Shown piece after piece: positions 1 to 12,442 of a stretch of DNA of 64,000 nt. Source of the stretch: Mobula hypostoma (Eukaryota); contig NC_086101.1 in assembly GCF_963921235.1 (NCBI RefSeq), positions 109,802,001 through 109,866,000 on the forward strand. The letters run 5' to 3'. A program made the position numbers and the translations under genes. The first letter of the stretch is position 1, and every line of letters begins with the position of its first letter. Below the pieces are notes generated by a model. It worked only from the letters and a program-made list of their open reading frames with translations, was not told the origin of the DNA and did not search any database.

Positions 1-161
1 TCTTTTTTGAATATTCTGCTTTGTAGTGTCTGTGACTTGGGGAACATGAATGTTTGGTTGAATTTTTACTGTTTGAAAATAAATGATTAATACATCTGTT
101 TGAAATCAGTGCATTCCCTGTCTCACTTGCCGGACCTGCAGACCTGATTGTACATTGCACT

Positions 162-179
162 TGGCACTGCGAGCAGGTT
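162..179 (+). promoter_or_regulatory. Primer-binding site, tRNA-Ser-like
   Basis: TGGCACTGCGAGCAGGTT resembles the complement of a tRNA-Ser 3' end (TGGCGCTGTGAGCAGGAT, recalled); follows an AATAAA-containing U5-like stretch. Confidence 0.55.
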
Positions 180-461
180 TGGGTTTTTGAGAAGAAATGC
201 ATTTCTTTAAGAGGTTATCTAAAAGAGAGGACCTTCGGTATGAGAGATGCAGAGTCCCAGGGTGGGCAGATAATAGTGCAGTCTTTGGAAGTCTCGCTAA
301 GCTACTGAAGGGTTATGAATACCGGTAAATTGGTCAGACCAGGGTTAAGATGGGGCACTGCATTGTTTCTATACTTACATCATTTATTTTCCTAAAAAGA
401 TAGTTAGCAGGATGCTTTCTGGCTTTTTGCAACTAAAGCAAGACGTCCGTATAGAACAATA

Positions 462-1731
462 GTGAGCCTTAAGAATGAATTGGAAGATCACAGTATTATT
501 CTGAGTGAATCACTGTTGCTGGCCCAGAGAAGGGCTACAAAGTTAGAAGATATGAATATACAGATAGCCTGGCAGCTAACAAGAGTGCAGAATTTAGTGG
601 CAGTTCGAAGGGCTAGTTGGGAACCTGACCCGTTTAAGGTTCAAGCCATGTTGAGATGAGGCAATGATCCTACTAAGACTGGGAGATGGGGATATCTGGC
701 TGGATGATGAAAATGAAGGAGAAAGAGCAGAGTGGATCCCTCAGTTCAATCCTCGAGATCATTACCTCTCCCTTGTGTGTCGGAAACAGTAGGGGCCAGG
801 CCAGTGGTTATACACTCGCACACCTGCTGTTGGTGGGGGGGCATAGATCTGCAGCTTCTTCCTCTTGAGAAGGGGAGGGGGAGGAGGCTCAGGAATGTGT
901 ATGTGTGGGGGATGGTGTAATGGACACCTTGGATACAACAGAGCTCAGAGAATTCTCCATTAAGGAATGAGCGAGCTTCGTGGACAGGTACAGACAAAAG
1001 ACTGGGGAGCCTTTGGCCGCGTGGTTATTGAGGTTACAGAATGAGAGAGGTACAAGAGTGAGCCTATCTGATAGAGAGATGGGTGCTTTAGGGAGCCCAT
1101 CGTCCCAACACACAATCAGTAACGCCTGAGAACATTGCTTGCTTCCCCTGAGCATAGTGCATCACTATGGGTTCCAGTAATGACAGCCGCTAAACTTAGG
1201 TATCCCACTCTTATTGAATGGAATTTAAACCCCCAAGCAGAGTGGAGCACAATAGCAGAAGGTGCTAAGGTTTTACACCAGTGGGCTCTTACAACAGAAA
1301 TATACTACGATAGTGGTAGCCCACTAGAGAATGTTAAGTTAACTTCTGGAATGGTGAGACACATGGTTACGGAGAACATTTTACCAATAAAAAGACTGTC
1401 TTTAATTGCACACCTACAAGTACAGCAATTCAATTAGACCGAGGTTTAGAGTATGTAGGGAAGGGGGCACACAGCAAAGAACAAAGGTTAGCTAAGCAGA
1501 TGGAAGGTGGGGGAATCCCGTGTGTCCGGTACAGAAGTGAGTTTAGCGTTGCTTAAAGCTGGGGTTCCGGGGGAGCAGGTAAATGAGGTTCCAACCCCCA
1601 TCCTCCATTCTTCAAGTCCTCTGCAGTTAAGGGTTCCTTTTGTCCTCTGCCAGATTCCTGAGTCCATTCAGGGTTCCCTGCAAAGAATATTGATTAATGT
1701 TCACCAGCAGTGGGAATCAGGGGGTGGTTAG
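462..1731 (+). pseudogene. Fragmented gag-like coding region of the ERV
   Basis: Series of broken plus-strand ORFs (462-659, 1135-1437, 1507-1731) between the PBS and env; assigned mainly by position. Confidence 0.45.
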
Positions 1732-2203
1732 TATATTCGTGCCTCATTGTTGTAGGGAGAGTGTCATTCGACCTGCATCCCTCTTCCCTGTAAATAGAGT
1801 GTGAATGATTTTAATGCAGAGAAATGTGATCTGTGACCACACGCATCAGTTTACTTTCTGTACATTAGACCTTTGAGAACACTTTGTGAATGTGTTGGGT
1901 CCCGCCCAGTTGCTTTTTCCTTATCAGTTGTTCTCTAATAAGTGCTGTTTCTCTGTGAGAAATTAACTGTCTGTATTAAGTTTTTGCAGTTCCATAGGAA
2001 GTTTTAAAGAAGAGGGGTACAGCCCGGGCTTTGTGTTTTGTGTTCTAATCGGTTACATGTCTATTATGTCTTAATCTGTTACTTTGGTACTTGTTTCCTC
2101 ACCTGTTTTGTAATTAGTTTTAGGGATGACTCATTTTTCATAATGGTCATATGAAATTTGAGTTGAAATTTGGTAGAAATTTGGGCAACTTTATTTCGGA
2201 TAT

Positions 2204-2425
2204 CACTGGCTGGTGGCGTAGTGGCTTCAGCACTGGACTTTGGAGCGAAGGCTCCGGAGTTCGAATCCAGCTGGCTCCCTCGCACACTTTCCATCCGTGT
2301 TGGGTTGAGTGTCGAGCTAGCAACTCGGCCTCGTAAAAATAAGAAAGCCTGCTGAGAAAATGCCATCATGCCAGCGTCCTGATGATGCCACTCAGAGTTA
2401 AGGGCTTTTTTCTTCTTTCTTCTTC
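2204..2425 (+). mobile_element. tRNA-derived SINE inserted into the ERV
   Basis: A box TGGCGTAGTGG, B box GTTCGAATCC, (TTC)n tail; 13-bp TSD TTATTTCGGATAT at 2191-2203 and 2426-2438. Confidence 0.9.
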
Positions 2426-2949
2426 TTATTTCGGATATGAGATGCCCATATTTCAGAGGGAATTGAGCATTTGGGGAGCAATTCTTGCAGATTTATTGTT
2501 TTGTGTTTTCTAAATCTCCAGTGACTAATCAGGAGTGAATGCATTTGTACCTCCCTGCATTAAAGAATGGCAAAATGGTCAACACTGATTTGTGGTGGGA
2601 GATCCTGTTATACATTCCTGGAGGTGGCGTTTGAATTTGCACATGGGACCAAAGGGTCAGATTGCTGAATTTGTATAAAGACTCCTTACTACATCACAGA
2701 AGGGATGCCACTGATATCGATCACTTTGACGACAAAGAAAGGACTGTTGGGGGAAATTATCTGTCTTCTCGGATTTTGGAATTCTGTTTTGGGGGGAGCT
2801 GGGAAGAGGTAGTCTATTCCAGCCAGACTCAACTCAGAGTACGGTATATAAGGGTGGAGTACATGCTATAAGGGCTGGCATTTCCCCATATGTATAATTG
2901 GAATGTCCTGACTCTTAAAGTGATTTCTTAGAGTGTTGGTACGGGCGGT

Positions 2950-3574
2950 ACATTGAGTACAGGTACAAGGTGACAAGGTGGAGGGAAAGTGTGAGCAAGA
3001 GCAGTATCCTGGGATGGCTGTGTCTATGCCATTTGGTGTTGTGATGCTGGGCACTTGTTGGAAGCTGAATGGCACTTACTGGATATGCAGTTCCTAAGCC
3101 TAGCCGTTGTTCCCACTGAGTGGCGCGGTTGATATGTGGTGCTGTATGTATGTATGCCGCCCCAGCGCCCTGAATGAGCACCTTGCCCATGCTGGTCGGT
3201 AAGAGGGCTATTACAAAGGAAGGATGGTTTGAATGACAGCCTTTCTCAGTGTGGTACAGCCAGACTGTCTCAGGAACTGCTCACAAAGGAAGGCGGCACT
3301 GGTGCTATTATCGGTGAAGAATGCTTCACCTACATTCCTGCTGGGTTGGTGAACATCACTCACCTGGTTGCTCATATCTCAGAGTCCAAGTAGAAAATTA
3401 AATGGGGGACCAACTCATTGGCTATTACACTCCATGGTGGGGCTGGTGGTCTTTTGGGGCACAGGGAAGCTAGTGGACTACTATAGCAGACTGGGAGTGA
3501 CTATTGGGTTTACAGTACTGGGTGTTTTGTGTTTTATCTATAACTTAGTTGGGAGCTCAAGACAGTCATACTAG
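2950..3574 (+). pseudogene. ERV env remnant (SU C-terminus and TM)
   Basis: WKLNGTYWICSS*..LPTEWRG matches the gamma-type SU motif NGTYWIC...LP..W.G; LLTKEGGTGAIIGEECFTYIP is a decayed CX6CC motif (GGTCAIIGEECCTYIP); hydrophobic anchor IGFTVLGVLCFIY. Confidence 0.8.
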
Positions 3575-3605
3575 TGAGGGTTGGATCATCACGTTCACAA
3601 CTTTT

Positions 3606-4161
3606 GAGGGGTGGAGTGTCGTGTGGGGGAGGTGCCTTATTCTGATTGTTGAAAGTTGCTTCCATTGTGATTGGTTAGTTTAGAAACCGCAGCTGCTTTT
3701 CCCATCGGATGGCTGCCTGGTGTCTTGTTTCAACTATCCTGGGTATATAAAATAGTACATGGGAGGGGGTTGCTCTCTTCTTCCTTTGCTTGAGACATGA
3801 CCTTTGAGAAGGTGTACTCTGAGCACAATGAGCGAGTTTAGCCACAAGGCAGAAGAAGTTTCAGATCAGAGTTTTCCTTCTCCTAGAGGAGCTGCCAGCC
3901 TCGGCTGATGAGCCCCATCTGTCAGAAGTGACTGGTTTTTAGGCACCAGTAACCTGCCTTTGACCCTTCCCCTATCTGTAGAAATGGTTCCACTGGGCTT
4001 AGTGGCTAAACCACAGGTGATGGCCAGGAATTGGACTTGGTTGTCAGAGGCTATTTGAGTTGCACGCCATTTAAAAGATAGTGAGAGCTTGTCCTCACTA
4101 CCACCCGCGGCTATGACAACCTTAGGAAGCACCCGACTGATACCCCATATAATTTACTACA
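3606..4161 (+). repeat. Polypurine tract (3606-3616) and putative 3' LTR (3617-4161)
   Basis: PPT directly followed by TGT; TATA-like box at 3744; CA terminus at 4161. The right boundary is tentative. Confidence 0.5.
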
Positions 4162-4451
4162 GGTCAGTCACGCCCCCTTAACCTCCTCTGCTCCAGAAAC
4201 GAACTGACACAGCCTCCGCATTTTTCCCATGTAACTGAAACACTCCTATCCCAGGCTACGTCCTGGTGAATTTCTTCTGCATCCTCCTCAGAAGAGTCAT
4301 CTCTGCCTACTGCATGTATAAAGATAAAGATTAAAGACAAAATTTAGATTAAATTTTGGATAAAGATTAAAGACAAAGCTTTATTTATCACATGTACGTC
4401 AAAACATACAGAACAATGCCTCACTTGTGTCGAAGACCAACGTAATCAAAA

Positions 4452-4650
4452 TGGATGCCTGGTACAGTGGTAGAGGCAAATACATTAGAGGCTTTTAAGA
4501 GACATTTGGATAGGCACGTGGATGTGAGGATGATGGAGGGATATGGACGTGGTGTAGGTAGGAGGGATTGGTGTTTGGGGGTTTTGATTTGTTTTGTAGC
4601 TGGTTTGGCACAACACTGTAGGCCGAGTGGCCTGCTCCTGTGCTGTACTC
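4452..4650 (+). mobile_element. CR1 LINE 3' fragment
   Basis: VVEANTLEAFKRHLDRHVD, typical CR1 ORF2 C-terminus, then 3' UTR. Confidence 0.75.
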
Positions 4651-5387
4651 TTACAATCTATTTATCTGTTTATGCACAAGTGTTGCCACGCTTCCGGTGC
4701 CACATGACATGCCCACAACTTACTAATCCCACCCCATAAGTCTCTGGACCGTGCGTGGCGACTGGAGCACACAGAGGAAACCCACGTGGTCATGGGCAGA
4801 ACATGTACACACCTTAGAGTCAGCGGCAGGGTTTCAAACTGGCTTGCTGGTGCATCAAACTGGCTTGCTGGTGCATCAAAATGCTGGCCACTGCACGACC
4901 ATGCCAAGGGTAAACTCAAAGCTGTCTAGCCTGTCTAGTTAGAAGGTTTACGGTCACGATAGTGGTGAGGAGATGGAAATTGTGTGCTGGGCTGGAGTGC
5001 GAATTGATGCAGAACCAGCAGGAAGACGTGATCGAAAATACCAATGGTGAATGGATTTTTGACGGGACCTCGTGAGGGATTTCAATCCATGCAGACGAGC
5101 TGGAAAGAATTTCAGTGCTAAGGGGGGAGAACAGGGTGGCTGTCACAAGAGAGGACACAGGCTAAGATTGGAGTGAGATTTGTTGACTGCAAAGTGGTCA
5201 GAAATTCAGCAATGCTGTGTAGAGTTTCTGACTCTGAATCTCTTACCCATCGTGCACCCAGTTCTAAACCAGCCAGGATCCCTCACACTGCTCACCAAGA
5301 GCACTGGTTGCCTGGAAAGGACAAAGCTCAGACGTGCCCTGCTGATCCGTTTCTCACAGAGTCCCCGTGCGCAGGATGTACTCCGAG

Positions 5388-5489
5388 TCAGATTTCTGAG
5401 TAGATGGCTTGCCCGCTGGATCTGGCTGGCTGCTGAGCTGGTGTCGAGATGTACACAGGCTGCAGGATTCCCGGGTCCAACCTGGAGAC
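5388..5489 (-). CDS. Gene A exon 6 (terminal cytoplasmic exon): VSRLDPGILQPVYISTPAQQPARSSGQAIYSEI*
   Basis: Acceptor cattaacttccccgtctgctacag|GTC; phase 0 matches the exon 5 donor; ends in a Tyr motif AIYSEI directly before TGA (5390-5388). Confidence 0.8.
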   Translation of the reverse strand, partial: VSRLDPGILQPVYISTPAQQPARSSGQAIYSEI

Positions 5490-5689
5490 CTGTAGCAGAC
5501 GGGGAAGTTAATGCCCATGCCCAGGGTGTGAATGGGGGAGGAGGGGGGTGTGGTGTTGCTGGTTATGCCAGTGGGGTTCAGGGAACAGGGGGAATCCCAT
5601 GGTTCCAGATTCGAAATTCTAGTTTATTTCTCAAGTATACACATCGTTTGTGTCAACCAGCACATTCCAGGGTGTGTTGGGACCAGTTC

Positions 5690-6010
5690 GCAAGGACGTG
5701 CAAAGGATATTTCCTATAGTTAGGGAGCTTTGGACTGAAGGGCACAGCCTCAGAGTAGAAGGACATCCCTTTAGAATTGAGATGAGGAATTATTTCCTGA
5801 GCCGGAGGGTGATGAATCTGAGGAATTCATTGGCACAGAGGGCTGTAGAGGCTACAGCACTGGATCTATTTAAAGCCAAGGCTGATAGGTTCTTGATTAG
5901 TAAGTGTGTCAAAGGTTATGGGTAAAAGACAGGAGAATGTGGTTGAGAGGGATTAGCAATCAGCCGTGATGGAATGGTTGAGCAGACTCAAAGAGCACAG
6001 TGGCATAAAT
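5690..6010 (+). mobile_element. CR1 LINE 3' fragment
   Basis: TEGHSLRVEGHPFRIEMRNYFLSRRVMNL..AVEA motif. Confidence 0.75.
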
Positions 6011-6779
6011 CTTATGATCACACATTCCAGGACTAACACAGCATGTCTGCCATAACAACACAGAACACAAGTAACAAAATAATAACAGCAAGAAAACAAG
6101 CCCCTTTCCTTCCTACCATCCACTGATATACAGTCCTTTAACCCCAGGACAAGTCTCCAGCGGACACAGACATGGGCCTGCAGATACCAGGCTTTGACCT
6201 CCACAGTGGATTCTTAGAGATATGTAGACTTGGCTCCGGCCCTGATGTTGCCTCAACGGCCAAGAGTCCAGTCTGGGAGCTCTCCATGCACTGGGTGAGG
6301 GGTGGGGGGCATGGTGTGAAGTCAAACACCCAGCGTGTTAACTACCACACTCTCCCATTTGATCCCATCCCTCATACTGATGGATGGGAATGTTCATCCA
6401 CCGCAATTAATGTTATCTTATCTTCCCCATCTGACTCTGGTCTGGGATGCAAGATGGCCCCAGTGAACCATGGTGACATTCTGCAGACCACATACAAACT
6501 TCTAAATATACCTTTTTTGAATTACTCTCATTGCAATCTTTAGCATATATGATTTCCCTTTAAGATTTATTACTAGTACTTCTTTCTTTTCTTTTGTACT
6601 TACACCATCTGTTGTCTCTTGTACAGTGGAAGTTTACCATATTTGATATGGTCTTTCATTAATTCTATTATGTTTCTGGGATTTACTGTCTATGCCACAT
6701 GAAAATGAATCTCAGGGTTGCATGTGGTGACTTTTATGTACTTTGATAATAAATTTACTTTGAACTTTCAATCGTTGAA

Positions 6780-7160
6780 AGGGAACTTCAATCTGTGTAT
6801 TCCCCTGTCTCCCTTCCCTCTTGTTCCATTACCCATTCTGGCTCCCCACCTACCTCTTCTCTTTGCCATGCCCTGGTGCTCTCCTAACTCTCTTTTTCTC
6901 ATTGCCCAGCCTCCTCTCCTATCAGATTCATTCTTCACCAGCCTTTACCCTTTCACACTTATCACCCCCAATTTCTTACTTCATCATCCCTCCCCCACCT
7001 ACCTGGCTTCACACATCACCTTCTAGCTTGTACGACTTCAAGTCCCCCTACCATCATATACAAGCTTCTACCCGCTTCCATTCAGGTCCTGATGAACAGT
7101 CCCAACTCAAAACATTGACTGTTCATTCATTTCAATAGAGCTGCTGTGAGTTTCTCCACA
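6780..7160 (+). mobile_element. Penelope-like element 3' remnant with degenerate hammerhead motif
   Basis: Pyrimidine-rich tract followed by GTCCTGATGAACAG...AAAACATTGACTG at about 7086-7121, the same layout as the intact motifs at 43452 and 50346. Confidence 0.55.
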
Positions 7161-7184
7161 ATTTTGTGTCTGTTACTCCATACC

Positions 7185-9990
7185 TGTTTTGTGATGCCTG
7201 GAGTGTGTGATGGGAAAATGTAGAGGGAGCTACATCCTGTTTCTGACCCTGGGAGAGTGTGATGAGACAGTGTGGAGAGAGCTTCACCCCCACGTCTGAC
7301 CCTGGGTGTGGGTGATGGGAGAGAGTAGAGGGAGTTTCACTATGTTTGACCCTGGCAGTAATTGCTGGGATCTTGTAGAGGGAGCTTTACTCTTTGTCTG
7401 ACCCTGGGAAGGTATGAAGGGACAACGCAGAGGGAGTCTCACTCTGTGTCTTACCCTGGGAGTATATGATGGGACAGTCTAGGGGAAGCTTCACTCTGTG
7501 TTTGACCTTGGATGTATGTGATGGGACAGTGTAGAGGGAGCTTCACTCTGTGTCTGACCCTGGGAGTGTGTGATGGGACAGTGTAGAGGGAGCTTCATCC
7601 TGTGTCTGACCCTGTGACTGTGTGATGGGACAGTATAGAGGGAGCTTCACTCTGTGCCTGACCCTGGGAGTGTGTGATGGGACAGTGTAGAAACAGCTTC
7701 ACTCTGTTACTGTCCATGGAGCTTTCCCTGGTGATGGGACAATATAGAGGAAAGTACGCTCGGTGCCTGATCCTGTTAATGTGTGATGGGACAGGGTAGA
7801 GGGAGCAACACTCTGTGTCTGAACCTATGTGGTATGATGGACATTGTAGAGGGAACTTCTCTCTGTGTCTGAACTAGGGAGTGGTGATGGGACAGAGTAA
7901 ATGGAGTTTTGCTCTATGTCGGACCCTGACCCTGTGATTAATTGATGGGATCATGCAGAGAGAAGTTAACTCCTTATCCGACTCTGGTAATGTGTGAAGG
8001 GAGAACGGAGAGGGAGTTTCACTCTGCTGACCCAGGGATCATGTGATGGGGCAGTGTAGAGGGAGCTTCACTCTGTGTCTGACCCTGGGAGTGTGTGATG
8101 GGACAGTGTAGAGGGAGCTTCACTCTGTGTCTGACCCTGGGAGTGTGTGATGGGACAGGGTAGAGGGAGCTTCACTCTGTGTCTGACCCTGTGAATGTGT
8201 GATGGGACAGTGTAGAGGGAGCTTCACACTGTGTCTGACCCTGGGAGTGTGTGATGGGACAGTGTAGAGGGAGCTTCACTCTGTGTCTGACCCTGGGAGT
8301 GTGTGATGGGACAGTGTAGAGGGAGCTTCACTCTGTGTCTGACCCTGGGAGTGTGTGATGGGACAGTGTAAATGGAACAACAGTCTATGTCTGATTCATT
8401 CTGTGTATGACACAGGGAGTGTGTGATTGGATAGGGTATAGTGTGCTTCACCCTCTGTCTGACCTTGAGAGTGTGTGATGGGAATGTGCAGAAGGAGATT
8501 CACTCTCTATCTCACCAAGGGAGTTGAGGGAGCTTTATGCCATTTGTGACCCTGAGAGTGTGTGATGGGAAATGTAGAGTGGGCATCATTTTTTGTCTGT
8601 GCTTGGGACAATATAGAGGAAGCTACACTTTGTGTCTGACCCAGTGAGTGTGTGATGGGACAGTGTTGAGAAAGTTTCACTCTATATCTGACCCTGCAAG
8701 TCTGTTTTGGGAAAATATAGAGAGTGCTATAATCTGTGTCTGACCGTGGGGAGTGTGATGGACATTGTAGAGGCAGTTTCACGCTGTGTCTGAAGTAACG
8801 AGTATGTGATGGGACAGGACCGAGGTAGTCTCACTCTGTGTTGGACAGTGCAGAGTGTGTAATGGGACAGTGTAGAGGTAGTTTCACTCTGTGTCTGATC
8901 CTGGGAGAGTGTGATGGGATATGGCAGTGGGAGCTTCACTCTGTTTCTGACCCTGTGATTAATTGATGGGATCATGCAGAGAGAAGTTAACTCCTTATCC
9001 GACTCTGGTAATGTGCGAAGGGAGAACGGAGAGGGAGTTTCACACTGTTGACCCAGAGATCGTGTGATGGGATAGTGTAGAGGGAGCTTCACTCTGTGTC
9101 TGATCCTGGGAGTGTGTGATGGGACAGTGTAGAGGAAGTTTAACTCTGTGTCTGACCCTGGGAGTGTGTGATGGGCAAGGTAGAGGGAGCTTCACTCTGT
9201 GTCTGACCCTGTGAATGTGTGATGGGACAGGGTAGAGGGAGCTTCACTCTGTGTCTGATCCTGTGAATGTGTGATGCGACAGTGTAGAGGGAGCTTCACT
9301 CTGTGTCTGACCCTGGGAGTGTGTGATGGGCAAGGTAGAGGGAGCTTCACTCTGTGTCTGACCCTGTGAATGTGTGATGGGACAGGGTAGAAGGAGCTTC
9401 ACTCTGTGTCTGAACCTGGGTGTGTGTGATGGGGCAAGGTGGACGGAGCTTCATTCTGTATCTGACCAGGATGTGTGTTTTGGAACAGTGTAGACAGAGG
9501 TTGACGCTGTGTCTGACCTTGGGTGTACGTGATGGGGCAATGTATGGGAGCATCGCTCCATGTCTGACCTTGGGAGTATGTGATGGAAAAATGTAGAGAG
9601 AACTTCACTCTGTGTCTGTCCCTGGGACTGTGTGATGGGACAATGTAGAGGAAGGTACACTCCATGTCTGATACAAGGAGTGTGAAATGGGAGAGGGTAA
9701 GGTGTGCTTCACTTTGTGTCTGACCCTGGAATTGTGTGAGTAAACAGTGTAGGGGGAGCTTCATTTCATGTCTGTCCCTGGGAGTGTGTGAAGGGACAGT
9801 GTCGAGGAAGCTTCACAATTGTTTGACTCCGGGAGTGTGTAATGGGACAGTGTAGAGGGAGCTTCACTCTGTGTCTGACCCACAGCGTGTGTGTTGAGAC
9901 AGTGTGATGGGAGCTTCACTATGCGTCTGACCCTGGGGGTGCATGATGGGAGCGTGTAGAGGGAGTTTCACTCTGTGCCTGACCCTAGGG
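7185..9990 (+). repeat. 52-bp minisatellite array, about 54 units (intron 5 of gene A)
   Basis: Unit CTGACCCTGGGAGTGTGTGATGGGACAGTGTAGAGGGAGCTTCACTCTGTGT; exact 52-bp spacing at 8235/8287/8339. Confidence 0.95.
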
Positions 9991-10182
9991 AAATTTGGAA
10001 TATTTCAAATAACATTTTGGGCAGAGATGCCTCACAGATGTTTGATGTGATTGCCTGGGAACTCAGTAAGTGCAGCTGTCAAAATGGAAATATTGGGTCG
10101 TTTACTGATGGGAACTGATCCCGAGATTGGGCGGGTAGATGTACTACAAACCAAGGAAGTGTCAGAAGCCTGTCAAACTTAC

Positions 10183-10250
10183 GTTGTCCTCAGCTGACTT
10201 GGAGAAATGGTCAACTCCTTGATTGTTGCTTGGAGATCCTGATAATAGTC
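10183..10250 (-). CDS. Gene A exon 5 (cytoplasmic): (G)LLSGSPSNNQGVDHFSKSAEDN
   Basis: Acceptor ctttctttacag|GA, donor AAC|gtaagt; 68 nt, phase 1 in and phase 0 out, bridges exons 4 and 6 in frame. Confidence 0.75.
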
Positions 10251-10816
10251 CTGTAAAGAAAGTATGCATTTTGATGGACAGGAAGGAGAGCAGGTCGGTG
10301 CAAGACCACTGGGGACGCGTTCTCTCTAGTCTCTCGAACTCAACAGCATACCAGCCAGTCTCCTTGCCTCTTGAAACTTCCCCAGCTCACTCTCTGTCTG
10401 AGAGCGGACAGTTGGTTCCAGGGATGGTGGGCTGTAAGCGTTTCAGCTGAGAGCAGAAAGATCATTAACTTAAACAGAAATTTTTTTTTTAAAAACACAG
10501 AAGGTGGTATGTACATTTTGAATAAAAGCTGCCAGAGGAAGTGGTTGAGGCAAGTATAATAACAAATTCTGGACAGATATGTGGATTGGAAAGGTTTAGA
10601 AGGTTCTGGACCAGTTGGGCTTGGATGGTGCATCGTAGTCAGTATGTATCAGGTGAGCCTGCTGCTGTACTGTATGACTCCAAATGACTCTGAGTAGGCT
10701 TGAGGTTAGGAGACTGAAGGGAGATCTCATTGAAGCTGATCAAGTTCTTCAACGGTTTCACAGGCTGGATTCAGAGAGCACGTCTCTGTTGTCTGTGCTG
10801 TCGGGGATATCTACGT

Positions 10817-11730
10817 TCGGTGGCCATTTCATCAAGTGGTGCCTAATAAAGTGGCCAGAGTGGTGGAACCCAGTGTGATCTTCTGCTGTGGCACATCACG
10901 CGCTTGAAGGTTCGATGTGCTGTGCATTCAGTGATGCGCTTCTGCACACCGCTGTTGTAACGTGTGGTTATCTGAGTTACCGGCATCTTCTCACCTTCCT
11001 GTCAGCAGGAACCAGTCTGGCCATTCTCCTCTCACCTCACCTATTAACAGGACCTTTCTGCCCACACAACTACCGCTCACAGGATGCTTTTACTGTTTCT
11101 CACACCATTCTCTGTAAACCCTAGAGAATGTTAATGCATCAACATCCCCAGAGATCAGCAGTTTCTGAGATACACAAACCATTCTGTCTGGCACAAATGG
11201 TCAAAGTCACTTGAATCCCATTTAGAAAAATAGAGATCTACAGCACATTACAGACCCTTCGGCCCACAATGTTGTGCCAACCATGTAACCTGCTCTAGAA
11301 ACTGCCTAGAATCACCCCACCCTATAGCCCCCTACTTTACTCAGCTCCATGTACCTATCTAAGAGTCTCTTAACAGACCCTATTGTATCCGTCTCTACCA
11401 CCATCGCTGGCAGTGCATTCCACACACTCATCATTCACACACTGATCATTCACACTCATCACACTCGGTACCTATTTCCAGGCACCTTAAAACTGCGCCC
11501 CCTCGTGTTAGCCATTTCAGCCCTGGGAAAAAGCCTCCGGCCATCCACCTGATCACTGTCACTCATCTCTCTTTCCCCATTTTGATGTTTGGTCTGAACA
11601 ACAACTGCTCCTCTTGACCATGTTTGCATGCTTTTATGCATTGGGTTGCTGCCGCAGGATTGGCTGATTAGATATTTGCATTAATGAGCAGGTGGGCAGG
11701 TCTACCTGCTAAAGAGGCCACGGACTGCAG
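10817..11730 (-). mobile_element. Tc1-derived non-autonomous element interrupted by a CR1 3' fragment (about 11225-11530)
   Basis: TIR-like CCTAATAAAGTGGCCA at both ends; internal sequence shared with 34340-34900 and 62735-63285. Confidence 0.7.
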
Positions 11731-12442
11731 ATGCCATAGTTCAGAATCAGGGGTGGGTCATTAGGACTGAGAGAAGGAGAAACAGCTTCACTCTGTGTTC
11801 AGTGAATCCTTGGAATTGTTCCCTCCAGAGGGCTGTGATATATCCATAACAGAGACTGAGGACTTGAAGAAGGTAGAGAGCACATGGGGGCACCAAGAGC
11901 AAAATGCTGGAGGAACGCAGCAGATCAGGCAGCAACTGTGGTGGGAAACAGATGGTCGATGTTTTGAGTCGCGACCCTGCCTCAGGAATCAAGAGATGTT
12001 TCTAGAAAATGGTGCTGATCAAGAAAACCAGCACGGTGGCACAGAGGGAGACCATTCAGCCCATTGGTGCCAGGGCAAGGCTTCCGGTACGATGGCGGCA
12101 TGCTTGCTCGCAGCGGCCTCTCCCGGTTGCAAGTGTGCGTCGTAAACAATTTTCCTGTGATCACAAGGTCCTGTTGGACTTTGGTCATACAAAATAATGC
12201 ACGTCAGGTTGATTGTTTCATTGGTGAGACCGATGTCAGGGGAGGTGCATGACCTTGGTTGTTGCGCAGACCAGGGCCTCACGCTGCGGCAAAGCCTGTT
12301 ACAGCCACCCGGGGGAGGATGTCCCGGGGCAGTGTGGGAGTGAACAGAGTTGCAGCGGGCGTGCGGGAATCTGTGGTGGATTGGAGACTGGCTCTCCCAT
12401 TGGTGCTGTCCCCCAGTGTTCACTCCCTAGAAACAAAATTGG

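Larger units (their letters stand above)
1..4161 (+). mobile_element. Degenerate class I (gamma/epsilon-type env) endogenous retrovirus: U5-like end, PBS, gag-like remnants, env remnants, PPT, 3' LTR-like segment; no pol seen
   Basis: PBS-like TGGCACTGCGAGCAGG at 162; broken ORFs 462-1731; env motifs at 3050-3400; purine tract GAGGGGTGGAG followed by TGT at 3617; TATATAAAA at 3744; ends TACTACA at 4161. Confidence 0.7.

Noticed and set aside
2204-2290. tRNA genes at SINE heads (also 42470-42545, 43203-43270, 44690-44765)
   Set aside because: No complete cloverleaf; they continue into SINE bodies, two of them with TSDs.
5180-5719. 179-aa plus-strand ORF
   Set aside because: Antisense shadow of gene A's terminal exon and UTR; no recognisable motif.
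7185-9990. CRISPR-like appearance and repetitive ORFs (MKLPLHCPITHSQG..)
   Set aside because: Head-to-tail units with no unique spacers, in a vertebrate context; the ORFs are translation artefacts of the minisatellite.
10183-10250. Alternative frame DYYQDLQATIK (attractive Tyr motif)
   Set aside because: It needs a phase-0 upstream donor, but exons 3 and 4 both end in phase 1.
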